Source of the DNA: a virus
Taxonomy: Duplodnaviria > Caudoviricetes
Length of the DNA stretch: 64,000 nt
IMG/VR virus record: IMGVR_UViG_3300028914_000071
Span: 1 to 64,000 of that record
Strand: one strand, 5' to 3'
Part shown: positions 16,896 through 27,165 of the stretch, piece by piece
Numbering within the stretch: position 1 is the stretch's first letter
Layout: each line of letters opens with the position of its first letter
The notes under the pieces: generated by a model
What the model saw: only the letters and a program-made list of their open reading frames with translations
Database searches by the model: none
Told to the model about the DNA's origin: nothing
Made by a program: the position numbers and the translations under genes

Positions 16896-17290
16896 GCAAA
16901 GGTAGACTTTTTTTAGTGGTTATAAATGGCCTTCCAATTAAATTAAATCGTAAACAAACAACAATCACCTTTCCTTGCTATGAAGAATTCTTCCCTCATG
17001 TATCCATGAGAGAGATTGAAGAAAAAGACAAACTTCCTAGAAAGCATAGATTTGTTACTTTTTTAATTGATGATGGAGTTTTAAATATAGACCACTTTAT
17101 GGGTTCTAAAAAAGAAGACTTTAGGGATGGAAAATTATATTGCTCATTTTATGTAAATGAAGTGGTAGGAAAGGCAACTAATTTAGACCATATCATCCCA
17201 GCAGAAACATTTCAGTTTCCGTTTGTAACGACTATGGAAAATATTATAGATGTTTTAAGTCAAATGTTACGTGCGAAAGAGGTAGAATAA
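16892..17290 (+). CDS. hypothetical protein
   Basis: Coupled ORF. Confidence 0.8.
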   Translation: MSKGRLFLVVINGLPIKLNRKQTTITFPCYEEFFPHVSMREIEEKDKLPRKHRFVTFLIDDGVLNIDHFMGSKKEDFRDGKLYCSFYVNEVVGKATNLDHIIPAETFQFPFVTTMENIIDVLSQMLRAKEVE

Positions 17291-17607
17291 TGGTAATATG
17301 TGCAAGTATTGAAAATGTAAATTGGGATTTTACTCAGGGAGAATCCGGCATGATTGATGTCTTTCTTAATAGCATAGAAGACATAAATTTCGACCCAAAC
17401 ACTATTATGGGAGAAATGCCTAAGAGCCGCGAAAACCGCTATGACTTTGAAATAGAGGGCGGCCCGAACGGTAGATTCTTTAGTGCTTGGGTCTATATAG
17501 ATGTTAATGATATAGATACAGATAATCTTGCCGGCACTTTTGAATGTTGTTTTAATGAAATCGCGGCGAAAGAAGACCCTGGTATTTGCGTGTATGTAAG
17601 GAGTTGA
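17290..17607 (+). CDS. hypothetical protein
   Basis: Coupled ORF. Confidence 0.8.
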   Translation: MVICASIENVNWDFTQGESGMIDVFLNSIEDINFDPNTIMGEMPKSRENRYDFEIEGGPNGRFFSAWVYIDVNDIDTDNLAGTFECCFNEIAAKEDPGICVYVRS

Positions 17608-17612
17608 TAATA

Positions 17613-18221
17613 ATGATTAATGCAAATTATGTAGTATATGAACGTGATTCTTATGGTGACTACGAAAAGGCCGGTGAATATGATAATTGGTATGCAGTAG
17701 TTGATGATTATTTAACATATAATGTCTTTCTTGAAGATATGTATAGAGCGGTTCTTGACCATGACGGCAACGAACAGTATCCATGTAGTAAGATTTTTAA
17801 CTACAACGATGTTGAATATTACTTTGATTTATACTGTAAAATGGTTCTTGGAAAGTTAATAGAAACAGGCAAGTTTTGTATGCCAGACAATAGCTTTTAT
17901 ATAGAGGTGGCAGAAGATTGTTATAAAATCGTTGTAAGAGCTGATATGGCAGAAGCTATTAGCGCCAATAAATTAAAGATATATTTACCTTGCGAGGTGA
18001 ATCTTGTTAAGACTCCTTTTGTAGAAGAACCTACGTACATTTTAGGACATGATAGTGTAAATGACCTTGTGAATTTTAGTTTCTATGGTGAAGTGTTCTT
18101 TACAGAAAGCCAATGGAAAGCATATGTTGATAAAGGTCTTTCAAATGCCGACATATTCGCGACAGTATTTGGTCAATTTCATGATAATTTTAAAGTTGAA
18201 TTTAGTGAGGAGAGATTATAA
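17613..18221 (+). CDS. acidic hypothetical protein (paralogue set)
   Basis: ATG after AAGGAG. Confidence 0.8.
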   Translation: MINANYVVYERDSYGDYEKAGEYDNWYAVVDDYLTYNVFLEDMYRAVLDHDGNEQYPCSKIFNYNDVEYYFDLYCKMVLGKLIETGKFCMPDNSFYIEVAEDCYKIVVRADMAEAISANKLKIYLPCEVNLVKTPFVEEPTYILGHDSVNDLVNFSFYGEVFFTESQWKAYVDKGLSNADIFATVFGQFHDNFKVEFSEERL

Positions 18222-18838
18222 TGAAATATATAGGAAAAGATGGCTATGGCAACATATATGATACAAAGGAAAAAATAAAAGATTATATCAAATCAGCAAC
18301 CTCTCTTATGAAAGCAAGAGAATACTTTGATAATGGTGGAGATTACGCCTTATCAATGGAGGCAGAAAATGCTTATGGCGAATATAGGGTGGCAGACGAA
18401 GATATGTCTATTGCAACATGGATGGAATATTTTGAAAAATACGTAAACGAAATGTATGAAAGGGGAGAGTGGGGACTTACTAAGTGTCGGGTATTTAAGA
18501 AAATGACCATATCAAATGCTAAAGCAACCATTATAAAAATAGGGCCTTCTTCTGTAATAAGACTTGATGATGTTGAAGACTCAATAGACCTGATAGTTGA
18601 AGATGTCTTTTTAACAGAAGAAGAAGTTGAATCTTGTGGCAAATGCCAAGGTACATTAGATATTCGCGGCAATTTTACTGGCTCTGCTTTAATAAATGAA
18701 GAAGTCTTTATAGAGAGTCTTAAAGAAACTGATTTAAAAAATATTTTCTCCCATGCGTATTTTGTAGAAGATAATTTACTTTATAGAGTTGCTTTTGCTT
18801 CATGGAAAAATAGAAAAACCAAGGAGGAAGAGGAATGA
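18221..18838 (+). CDS. acidic hypothetical protein (paralogue set)
   Basis: Coupled ORF. Confidence 0.8.
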   Translation: MKYIGKDGYGNIYDTKEKIKDYIKSATSLMKAREYFDNGGDYALSMEAENAYGEYRVADEDMSIATWMEYFEKYVNEMYERGEWGLTKCRVFKKMTISNAKATIIKIGPSSVIRLDDVEDSIDLIVEDVFLTEEEVESCGKCQGTLDIRGNFTGSALINEEVFIESLKETDLKNIFSHAYFVEDNLLYRVAFASWKNRKTKEEEE

Positions 18839-19437
18839 GAAATTTATATTTTACATATGAAAACCAGATTTTCGAGTCAGAAGAAGCTGTAAGACAGCAT
18901 ATAAAAACCCATGCCATATGGGAAGACGTAGCATCAAAACTGCATAAAGTCTACATTAGTGAAGATGACTATGGCAGAGAATATGAAGATGTAAGAACTG
19001 ATTTATCTATATTGGAAATGGAAAGTTGTTTTAAAGAATATGTAGACCGAATAATAGAACGAATAAAGTTGGGAGAGTCGGTTTATGGCATTGAGATGAA
19101 AGAAATAGGTCACAAGCTTACATTGTGGGATTCAGATGCATCAATCGAAAGTCCTGACTTTTTATCAATTACTGGCTGGGCGCAGATTCGCGAAGAAGAA
19201 ATCATTATAACTGGCAGCGAAGAAAAATATGATTATAAAATAATTCATGAGAAAGGAAAGCCTCTTTCCGACATTAACTTTACTGCATATGTTATATTTA
19301 CCGAGGAAGAATGGAATTGTATTAAAGAACATTCATTTCCTTGTCTAAGTTCTACTGAAATAATTTTTCGTGATAAATTTAATGATAATATAAAAGAAAA
19401 TGGTTTTGCCATAAATTTTGGTCAAAGGAAGGATTAA
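18835..19437 (+). CDS. acidic hypothetical protein (paralogue set)
   Basis: Coupled ORF. Confidence 0.8.
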   Translation: MRNLYFTYENQIFESEEAVRQHIKTHAIWEDVASKLHKVYISEDDYGREYEDVRTDLSILEMESCFKEYVDRIIERIKLGESVYGIEMKEIGHKLTLWDSDASIESPDFLSITGWAQIREEEIIITGSEEKYDYKIIHEKGKPLSDINFTAYVIFTEEEWNCIKEHSFPCLSSTEIIFRDKFNDNIKENGFAINFGQRKD

Positions 19438-19439
19438 TA

Positions 19440-20057
19440 ATGATAAAATACAAAATAGTTAAAATAACCAACAAAAACGAAGAGCTCCTTATAGAAAGTA
19501 ATATAGACGAAAGTGAACTTTTCAACTATGTTCGTAAGTACCTTCAGTTTAGAGAATTTATGGATTGGTACGATAACGAGCGTGATATTCCTTTAGAATA
19601 TGATACACTTACAATAGAAGACCTTGAAGACAATATGAATGACTGTATTCAGAGTCTTGTAAATAATGCAGTTGTTTGGGATATTGAGATTTATCTTGGC
19701 AATCATTATTTTGTAAAGAAATATGAGCAGAATGTTAGAGTGTTTGTTTCCTTAGAGGATTATGGTGATTTATCACCAGTTTGCGCTAAACCTGACGGTG
19801 AACACAAATTAATAATTCTAGATAATGCAGTCGTTCATAGCGGTGTGACTGAAAAACCAGTAGGCACAGTAAACTATGGAGTAGAAGTAAATGATTTTAG
19901 CTTCGATAGTTTTAAATTTTGCGGCGAAGTTGTAATAAGTGAAGCTCAGTACCTTAATTGCCTTGCAAAAGACAAGTCATTAGCAGATATAATGCTAGAG
20001 CACTTCAATGGTAAGGCACCGTTCGATATTGAGTTCGCAGAAAAGGAGGAAGAATAA
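19440..20057 (+). CDS. acidic hypothetical protein (paralogue set)
   Basis: Coupled ORF. Confidence 0.8.
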   Translation: MIKYKIVKITNKNEELLIESNIDESELFNYVRKYLQFREFMDWYDNERDIPLEYDTLTIEDLEDNMNDCIQSLVNNAVVWDIEIYLGNHYFVKKYEQNVRVFVSLEDYGDLSPVCAKPDGEHKLIILDNAVVHSGVTEKPVGTVNYGVEVNDFSFDSFKFCGEVVISEAQYLNCLAKDKSLADIMLEHFNGKAPFDIEFAEKEEE

Positions 20058-20545
20058 TGGAAATAGAAAATAAAGTATGGGTAGTAAGTGGAGAAGACTG
20101 GAATGATGAGAGAGGAACTCGTATTGTCATTGGTGTTTGTCCTACTGAAGAAGACGCTGAAAATATTAAACTTCGGTTTTTATACACATATGACGAGATA
20201 TGGATACAAGAATTTCCTATAAGAACTTGCGACAAACCTTTTGTCGTTTATAAAGGTCGTTTCAGGGCAGAGCTTCATCTTGTTGGTGAGAAACATTATG
20301 TTTTAGGTAAGATAGACTACGTAAAACAGGAAGGAGAACCTTTGTCTGGTGATTGTAACGTTAAAGAAAAATTTGAATTTTCCGTGGGCCATGTAATCAA
20401 AACTGATGGTCCAGAGGTTTATATAATATCGGGAGGATTTACTTCTATGGAAAAAGCTCCTACCGAAGGGGGAGCGGCAAAAGAATGGATTGCTCAAAAG
20501 GCTAATGAAAAAGGCCTTATCACATTAGAAAGTTCCGGATTTTAA
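20057..20545 (+). CDS. hypothetical protein
   Basis: Coupled ORF. Confidence 0.8.
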   Translation: MEIENKVWVVSGEDWNDERGTRIVIGVCPTEEDAENIKLRFLYTYDEIWIQEFPIRTCDKPFVVYKGRFRAELHLVGEKHYVLGKIDYVKQEGEPLSGDCNVKEKFEFSVGHVIKTDGPEVYIISGGFTSMEKAPTEGGAAKEWIAQKANEKGLITLESSGF

Positions 20546-20654
20546 AGATGAAGAAAGTTAAAAAGGTCTGCTGGAAATATCTGGTAGGCCTTTACTTTTT
20601 TTAAAAACTGTGTTATAATATATATAGAAAGTTAAGAGAGAGAGGAAAATAAAA

Positions 20655-20918
20655 ATGGTAATTAACTTCTATAGACTTTATGGCACAATTTTTTATTACT
20701 TTGACATAAAAGCTGATAACACAGTTTACTTCAGCAACACGGATGAAGACTTCAACAGAAAGCTTGATTATGCGGCTTATATCCCAGCCGAAACTCGCTT
20801 AACTGATAAAGAAGCGAGAGCGTGGTTTAAAGAACACTATCCAGATTGTGAAGTCCACAAAGTTGATAAACATTATCATACAGAACAGCATTACAAGGAA
20901 GACAGAATAGGCGACTAA
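20655..20918 (+). CDS. hypothetical protein
   Basis: ORF after promoter. Confidence 0.85.
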   Translation: MVINFYRLYGTIFYYFDIKADNTVYFSNTDEDFNRKLDYAAYIPAETRLTDKEARAWFKEHYPDCEVHKVDKHYHTEQHYKEDRIGD

Positions 20919-20934
20919 GAAAGGACGATTAACT

Positions 20935-21192
20935 ATGAAAAACTACAGACCAAAGTCATGGAGCGCACAGGCAAGATTCATGTGTGACCAGCAGATTGAA
21001 TACATCAACTACGGACACTGTTTCATTGAAGACTCTATGAGAATGTTCAGAAACTCTTACCGCAACCCGCTTATCGTTGGTAGAGCAGCAAAGAGATTCG
21101 GTAGAATGTTAAGAGCCGGCAAAATCAAGGAAAACAAGGAAGCATACATCAAGAACTATCCACTCGATGCAAAGGAGAGAGGTTTAATATGA
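20935..21192 (+). CDS. basic hypothetical protein
   Basis: SD; high-expression codon style. Confidence 0.85.
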   Translation: MKNYRPKSWSAQARFMCDQQIEYINYGHCFIEDSMRMFRNSYRNPLIVGRAAKRFGRMLRAGKIKENKEAYIKNYPLDAKERGLI

Positions 21193-21527
21193 CAAATATC
21201 GGAAATGATAAATACCTACATCTTGTAACTCGCCGCGATTACCTTGATGTTATATCAGATAAGGTTTCTCCGGATTTCGCGGCAGAGATAGAGGAAATGC
21301 TTGATGTAGCAGAACTCACAAAATCTCAACTCATTGATGAAATTGATAGCGATGCCGCTTTCTATGAAGCAGAAAATGAGGAAATGCGAAACACAATTGA
21401 CGACGCAAACTCAATGATTCAGCAGTTCCTTTACCCGATAGAAAAAGGCAAGAACCTTAATCGTCAGAAGACAATTCAGTTTCTCAACGACTTACTCAAA
21501 CTAATCGACATAAACAATTGGAAATAA
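21189..21527 (+). CDS. hypothetical protein
   Basis: Coupled ORF. Confidence 0.8.
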   Translation: MTNIGNDKYLHLVTRRDYLDVISDKVSPDFAAEIEEMLDVAELTKSQLIDEIDSDAAFYEAENEEMRNTIDDANSMIQQFLYPIEKGKNLNRQKTIQFLNDLLKLIDINNWK

Positions 21528-21539
21528 GGAGGGGTACAT

Positions 21540-21887
21540 ATGTATCTTGTACAGAAAATTTCAACATTCGAAGGTCTTGAAGTTATCAAGCCAAAGATTT
21601 TTAGTTCATATGTAAAGGCTCGCCGCGATTTACTCAGCAGACTTGGTGAGGTATTCATGGAAGCCTTTATAGATTCCGAACAGGACGAATACGGTAGCAG
21701 AGATATAAGAACCGGCTTTGAACTCTACTCTCAGTTTTATATCGAAGCTGGCACTGGTGCTTCTCTTTCATATATCCCGGCTGAGGAAAAGGAATTTAAG
21801 GAATATGGCGAGGAATTAAGCATTTACATTGGTGAAAACGCTCATGAATTTATTTCAATTAAAAGAATTGCTCAGGAGGATGAATAA
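21540..21887 (+). CDS. hypothetical protein
   Basis: SD AGGAGG. Confidence 0.85.
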   Translation: MYLVQKISTFEGLEVIKPKIFSSYVKARRDLLSRLGEVFMEAFIDSEQDEYGSRDIRTGFELYSQFYIEAGTGASLSYIPAEEKEFKEYGEELSIYIGENAHEFISIKRIAQEDE

Positions 21888-21888
21888 T

Positions 21889-22218
21889 ATGTATAAAGTA
21901 ATAAATACAGTAGATGACACATTTTCTTTCTATAGTGACCTTAGAGATTTTGTGGATGAACATATGACTATAGACGATGTTATTGAAAGCCTTGATGACA
22001 TCTATGAACCAGTAGACTTACCGATTGTCGGCAAAATGCATATATCAACCATCGTAAAGAACTTAGCTTCAGACGATGACTTAGATATGCTCTTAAACGA
22101 TGAAATTGATTATCGTACTGATGACCTTATCTACGAAATTGAACACTATGGCTCATGTGAGTGGGGTGACTACACAATCTTAGAAGTTGAGGAGGAAGAT
22201 AACTATGAAGAAGTATAA
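21889..22218 (+). CDS. acidic hypothetical protein
   Basis: ATG after GGAGG. Confidence 0.8.
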   Translation: MYKVINTVDDTFSFYSDLRDFVDEHMTIDDVIESLDDIYEPVDLPIVGKMHISTIVKNLASDDDLDMLLNDEIDYRTDDLIYEIEHYGSCEWGDYTILEVEEEDNYEEV

Positions 22219-22840
22219 GATATATAATGCAATTTGTGGACATAAGGCTACATGTCCACGTTCAGAAGCAAAAACCCTTGAAGAAGCTATGGAATATGTT
22301 GTTACCGTAAGTAAAAACAACATCATATTTGACAAGTTAGATGAAGTCTTATTTGATATTGAAGTTAATGACCAAATGGTTGCGGCGGCAAATTCTGAAA
22401 AGAACCAGTGGATTATTAACAAATGGCTTGAAGAAAAGAAGAATGGACTCATTGAAATGTATTTAAAGACCAATGGAGTTAATTTTCTTATAAACGACTT
22501 AATAGTTGAAGAGTGTGAGGAATATTACCTTTATCAAAATGGTAAGCTTGGAATGTCCGGTCCGTTTGAGGAAATATTTCATTATATTTACGATTATTGT
22601 CCTTATGAAGCTGCGGCAAGAGATTTTTTCAATTATCATGTTCGTGAAATACCTGTCTTTTTAGACGGAGAACTAGGCAATCTTCTTTTCCCTGATGACC
22701 ACTACACAACAGATTTCTCTGACAATATCTTCAATTATATCGAAGATAATCTTAAACATATAATTGATACCAATGGTTCAGCAATTTTTGCTGGCGTAGT
22801 TATTAGCGCTGAACCAATTGAAAATACCTTTAACCGCTAA
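22205..22840 (+). CDS. hypothetical protein
   Basis: ATG after GAGGAGG. Confidence 0.8.
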   Translation: MKKYKIYNAICGHKATCPRSEAKTLEEAMEYVVTVSKNNIIFDKLDEVLFDIEVNDQMVAAANSEKNQWIINKWLEEKKNGLIEMYLKTNGVNFLINDLIVEECEEYYLYQNGKLGMSGPFEEIFHYIYDYCPYEAAARDFFNYHVREIPVFLDGELGNLLFPDDHYTTDFSDNIFNYIEDNLKHIIDTNGSAIFAGVVISAEPIENTFNR

Positions 22841-22921
22841 TGGAAATATCTGGTAGGCATTGACTTTCACCTTAACTTGTGTTATAATATATATAGAAAA
22901 TCAAGAAAGGAAGAAATAAAA

Positions 22922-23152
22922 ATGGTAGAAGAAAGAGTATTTATATTTGATGACTTAGATAACAAGAAATTTTACAAACTCTCGTACCGGGGCATGATTG
23001 CAATGATTTTTGCGGCTGAACAGCTTGGCATTTGGTACAGAGTATCAGAAATAGTTAACGACAAAAAGGTTGAACGTTTCATGAAAGTAAACGGCGAAAC
23101 CATTGAAATGTACGACTCAAACGAAAACTTACTCGCTTCATCCAATGTCTAA
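22922..23152 (+). CDS. hypothetical protein
   Basis: ATG after promoter and SD. Confidence 0.8.
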   Translation: MVEERVFIFDDLDNKKFYKLSYRGMIAMIFAAEQLGIWYRVSEIVNDKKVERFMKVNGETIEMYDSNENLLASSNV

Positions 23153-23164
23153 GGAGGATTACAA

Positions 23165-23377
23165 ATGAAAGAATTTAAGATAACACTCACCACACCATCA
23201 AAGGCTGGCTTCTCTGATAACTATAAGCCGGACATCACAAAGACCTACTTCATGGGCGGCAACACTCTCCTTAATATCGAAGCTGCAAAACGTAACTTTG
23301 CAATGGAATTCGGAGTAGATGCAAGTAAAATTAACGTAGTTGATGTGTGGGAAGTAAACGAAAGCGAAAATGATTAA
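23165..23377 (+). CDS. hypothetical protein
   Basis: SD AAGGAGG. Confidence 0.85.
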   Translation: MKEFKITLTTPSKAGFSDNYKPDITKTYFMGGNTLLNIEAAKRNFAMEFGVDASKINVVDVWEVNESEND

Positions 23378-23389
23378 GGAGGAAAACTT

Positions 23390-23599
23390 ATGTACGTTGT
23401 AGAATTTTTAATTGATGAAACACCAGCAAAATTATTCAATACATTTGATGAAGCAAAGGATGCCGCAATTGGCTATCTTGACGAATATGGATTTGACGTT
23501 AACGCATTTGATATGCTCGATGAAACTGCTGATGACCCGACATTTGAGGGTTTTGCGGTTGAAGATGTTGTTCTTTGTTTCTATGCTGAACTTGCTTAA
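23390..23599 (+). CDS. acidic hypothetical protein
   Basis: SD AAGGAGG. Confidence 0.85.
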   Translation: MYVVEFLIDETPAKLFNTFDEAKDAAIGYLDEYGFDVNAFDMLDETADDPTFEGFAVEDVVLCFYAELA

Positions 23600-23612
23600 G
23601 GGGGGCTACTAC

Positions 23613-23834
23613 ATGACACTTGAAAGATTTTTCTATCACAAGATTTGCGGCAAAGGTTCACAGCCAGTTCTCTACGGAAAGAAAGTAGATGAGTTCCCAT
23701 CAATTGTAGATGCAAGAAACTTTATCTACGAAACCTACAAAACAAACTATTACATTGATGAATCAGACCCAATGGCTATCTCAATTACATCGTGTGATGG
23801 AGTTGCCGGCATAAGATGTTTCTTCAATATCTGA
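23613..23834 (+). CDS. hypothetical protein
   Basis: ATG after AAGGGGGG. Confidence 0.75.
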   Translation: MTLERFFYHKICGKGSQPVLYGKKVDEFPSIVDARNFIYETYKTNYYIDESDPMAISITSCDGVAGIRCFFNI

Positions 23835-23844
23835 GGTGAGTTGA

Positions 23845-24168
23845 ATGGCACTATTTCCAAACTAGAAAACAATCCAAATTCGCCGCACTCTTCCTCACGA
23901 AAACTTCATGGTAATAGATAGAACAAACTGGATTATCGCGGCGAAAAGGTTAACTTACTCCGCATTTAAACTATGGATGTTTTTGTGTTCCTATGGAACA
24001 AGAGATATGGCGATAGGCCCAGCATACATCAAACAATGTATCGGCATTTCGGAGTCCAGTTACCGAGATGCCATGAAAGAACTCGAAAAGTACGAATACA
24101 TTACCCAAGTTCAAAAGAGCACATATACCTTTAATGAATTTGGCAGACCAATGGAGGAAGATGAATGA
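23845..24168 (+). CDS. helix-turn-helix protein; one in-frame TAG at 23863
   Basis: ATG after GAGGTGA, MALFPN*KTIQ in frame with ORF-track 23908; HTH-like IKQCIGISESSYRDAMKEL. Confidence 0.7.
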
Positions 24169-25481
24169 TAGAACTTACAGAAAAAGAAAGATTTGAAGAA
24201 CAGGAAGACTATAATGCCCTCAACGAAAAACAGAAGCAGTTTTTTGATATGGCAATGAGCGGCAAGAATATGTTTATTACTGGCCCGGCTGGAACAGGAA
24301 AGACATTTCTTGTAAATCGCATAATCAAAGCATTTGAACGTCGCGGCAAGAGAACAATTGTTTGTGCTACCACTGGTGTTGCGGCAAGAAGTATAGGGGG
24401 GTTTACTCTCCATCACCAGTTTCATCTTTCCGTGACTGATGGCACAGCAACCAAGGACAATGATTGGTTAAAGGATACTGATAGCCTTGTGGTTGACGAA
24501 GCGTCTATGTTGGACTTCCTCTTATTCAATACAATAGGTAATGAAATTAAGGAGTTCAATCCAAATTGTCAGATTATCCTTATCGGTGACTTCTTCCAGT
24601 TGCCGCCTGTAGTAACTGATGAAACTATTAAGATTGCTGACCATCGCGGCTATTCACCAGAACTTGATAGAAGTCAGTTCCATTGCTTCCACTCACACAT
24701 CTGGAGAGATTTTAACTTCCAGACTTGCACTCTTACACAGGCAATGAGACAGGACGACCAGGCATTTAGTACCGCTCTCTACAATCTTAGCCGCAATACT
24801 CTTACATCAGATGACAAGGCTTATCTTGCACAGTCACAGAAAAATGCTCCTATGAAAGATGCAGTAATCCTTGCTTGTACAAACAAGGTTGTAAACGCTA
24901 TCAATTCACAGGAGCTTGATAAGATTGATTCACCGGAAAAGCTTTACAAGGCTCTTTATTGGGGCGAGTATGACAAGGAAATTCCTCGTATGCTTAAGTT
25001 AAAGGTTGGCGCAAGAGTTATGCTGACAATTAACAACCCAACAGATGGTTATTGTAATGGCGACATGGGACACATTACTCAGTTAAATATTACGGGGGTC
25101 AGAGTTAAGCTGGATAGCGGCGAAGAAGTTGATGTTCCTCAGTATGATTTTAAGACTCAGATTTTTGAAGACGGTGAAACTCAGACAATCGGGGGTATTA
25201 AGCAGTTACCACTTAAGTTAGCTTGGGCAATCACAGTACACAAATCTCAGGGTCAGACATTCGATAAGGTAAACTTCCTGTACGATAAAGGATTCTTTGA
25301 TGGCGCGAACGAAAACCGTACACTTCTTTACGTTGGTCTTAGCCGAGCACGTAAGATTGAGAATCTTTATCTCAGAATTAAAGGGGGTCTCCCACGCTTT
25401 AACAACGAAGCGGTTGCTGACTTCTACAACGGCAAATTTAAGACATACGAAAGCCGTTTCGACAATTTAATAGGTTTCTAA
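24165..25481 (+). CDS. Pif1/RecD-like SF1B helicase
   Basis: GPAGTGKT, VDEASM, GDFFQLPPV, LAWAITVHKSQGQT. Confidence 0.92.
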   Translation: MIELTEKERFEEQEDYNALNEKQKQFFDMAMSGKNMFITGPAGTGKTFLVNRIIKAFERRGKRTIVCATTGVAARSIGGFTLHHQFHLSVTDGTATKDNDWLKDTDSLVVDEASMLDFLLFNTIGNEIKEFNPNCQIILIGDFFQLPPVVTDETIKIADHRGYSPELDRSQFHCFHSHIWRDFNFQTCTLTQAMRQDDQAFSTALYNLSRNTLTSDDKAYLAQSQKNAPMKDAVILACTNKVVNAINSQELDKIDSPEKLYKALYWGEYDKEIPRMLKLKVGARVMLTINNPTDGYCNGDMGHITQLNITGVRVKLDSGEEVDVPQYDFKTQIFEDGETQTIGGIKQLPLKLAWAITVHKSQGQTFDKVNFLYDKGFFDGANENRTLLYVGLSRARKIENLYLRIKGGLPRFNNEAVADFYNGKFKTYESRFDNLIGF

Positions 25482-25482
25482 A

Positions 25483-25513
25483 ATGGCGGCTGGGTAGTAC
25501 ACCTGGCCGCTAT
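25483..25513 (+). terminator. terminator hairpin ending the + strand block
   Basis: ATGGCGGCTGGG/CCTGGCCGCTAT. Confidence 0.7.
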
Positions 25514-25603
25514 TTCTCTATAGGGGCGGTATTCGGGGATTTCGCGGCAAGAAATTTCACTGTGATTTCGCGGCGAAGTAACAGAGAAAGTAAAATAGCA
25601 CAT

Positions 25604-26340
25604 CCTTTTATACTATGAGCGAAGCGAATAGTATAAAAGGGGAGGCAGCGTGCGAGTGCGAAGCACGAGTTAGCTGTATATATTATATATATTGTGCGGG
25701 TTAAGTTTAATTTTGGTAGGGGGTAAGTAGTAGTAGTAAGTAGGGGTAGTAGTAGTAATAGATATATATTATATTGTGCGAGTTAAGTTAGTAGTAATAG
25801 TAAAAGTATTAGGGTAGTGGTAGTAGAGAGGATTAGAGTAGTAGTGGTAGTATAATTATTATATTATATATAGTGCGAGTTAGTTTAGCTAGTAGTAGTA
25901 GTAACGAGTAAGTAGTAGTAGTATAATTATATATATTATTATTATATATATTATATATTGTGCGAATTGCGTAGTAGTAGTAAGAAAGAAAGGGTAGTAG
26001 TAGTAGTAGTAATAATATAATTATATATAAATAGTGCGAATTGCGTAGCGAATTATGTAGTATTAGAAATCGCGGCGAAAGAAGGAGTAGTAGCAACCTA
26101 AACGGCGTAGCCGCAGAAATATTAGTAGTAGTAGTAGTAGTAAAAACCAACGTGGGTTTACTGTGCAAAACCGTAAAAACACGTTTTCTACCGTTACCCT
26201 CCGTATTCCCGAACGATTTTTGGCGAGTTTTGGAGAGTTAGTAAAAGTTGGATTATTTTTGCTAGCGAGCCCTAGCAGCAACAGGCATAGATAAGTATAA
26301 TTAATATATAATATATATATAGTGCAAATTAAGTTAGAAT
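25604..26340. repeat. low-complexity (TAG)n/AT tract with GCGAAGC hairpins
   Basis: 13-bp inverted repeat 25604-25640, GTGCGAAGCAC 25656-25666, many AGTAGTAGT runs, recurring AT(A/T)GTGCG. Confidence 0.8.
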
Positions 26341-27165
26341 TGGTAACGTGGGTTGACTATATTCCAAACCGTATTTCGCCCACATTTTTGGGCAATTTCT
26401 TATTTCCTACTGTATTCCCAAAATTAAAGAGAATAATTATTCCCATAACCAAACAATCCCTAGTAAATTCCAAATAATTTCCTGGAAATTCTCACAGTAA
26501 CATTATCTTTTTCTCTCAAATGGAAAATTTTTCCAGAACTGTAAAATTTTACCGTGGACCTTTTTAGGGTTTTTTTCTAAATGTAGATTTTATGTGCCGC
26601 GATTCAAATAAAAAATTTCGTGGCGCGAGATTAGCTGTGAAATTTCTATAAAAATAGTCAAAAATTTTACTAATTCAGTCGTTTTTTTTCTCATTTAAAA
26701 AGTAGAATTCCTTTACCCCTACTCAAAAAATTTTTGTCCGTCTTAGATGTAGCTCCTTTGTAGCTCATATAAGGCGGCTATTTTTATGCCCGGCCGACGC
26801 AGCTCCTTTGCAGCTCCTATAGGGACCCCATAAGCCCGGACCGGGGAGACCCCTACCCCGCCTGCCCGGATGGACGCCGATTTTATGGGGTTGGCGGACG
26901 ACATAGATGCGTGGCTTGGCGGCGCGAAAAAAATGTGGGCGGGATGCAGCTCCTTTGCAGCTCCTATAGAGTACGTAAATACGTGGTGTGGCGGGTGTGT
27001 TGGTAGAAGCATGGAAAAGTGGCAAATTATGGTAGGGTGGATTATTATGGTTGGAATGGAAGATTTTGTTAGAAATGGAAGAATGTGGTAAATTGCCCGG
27101 GCAATTCGCCAAAATTTACCAGTCAGATGGCAAAATAAAACCACTCCCGAAGGAGTGGCAATATT

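Larger units (their letters stand above)
3..22888 (+). promoter_or_regulatory. Family of sigma-A type early promoters (TTGACT/TTTACA-N17-TATAAT, extended -10)
   Basis: -35..-10 at 3-31, 2203-2231, 5355-5383, 6566-6594, 7176-7204, 7764-7792, 10541-10569, 11197-11225, 11287-11315, 11371-11399, 13955-13983, 16396-16424, 20591-20619, 22860-22888; all intergenic, most followed by ATATATAGAAA and an SD. Confidence 0.9.

Noticed and set aside
25833-27144. ORFs across the low-complexity and GC-rich convergence zone
   Set aside because: Repeat-derived sequence, no SD, open frames on both strands.
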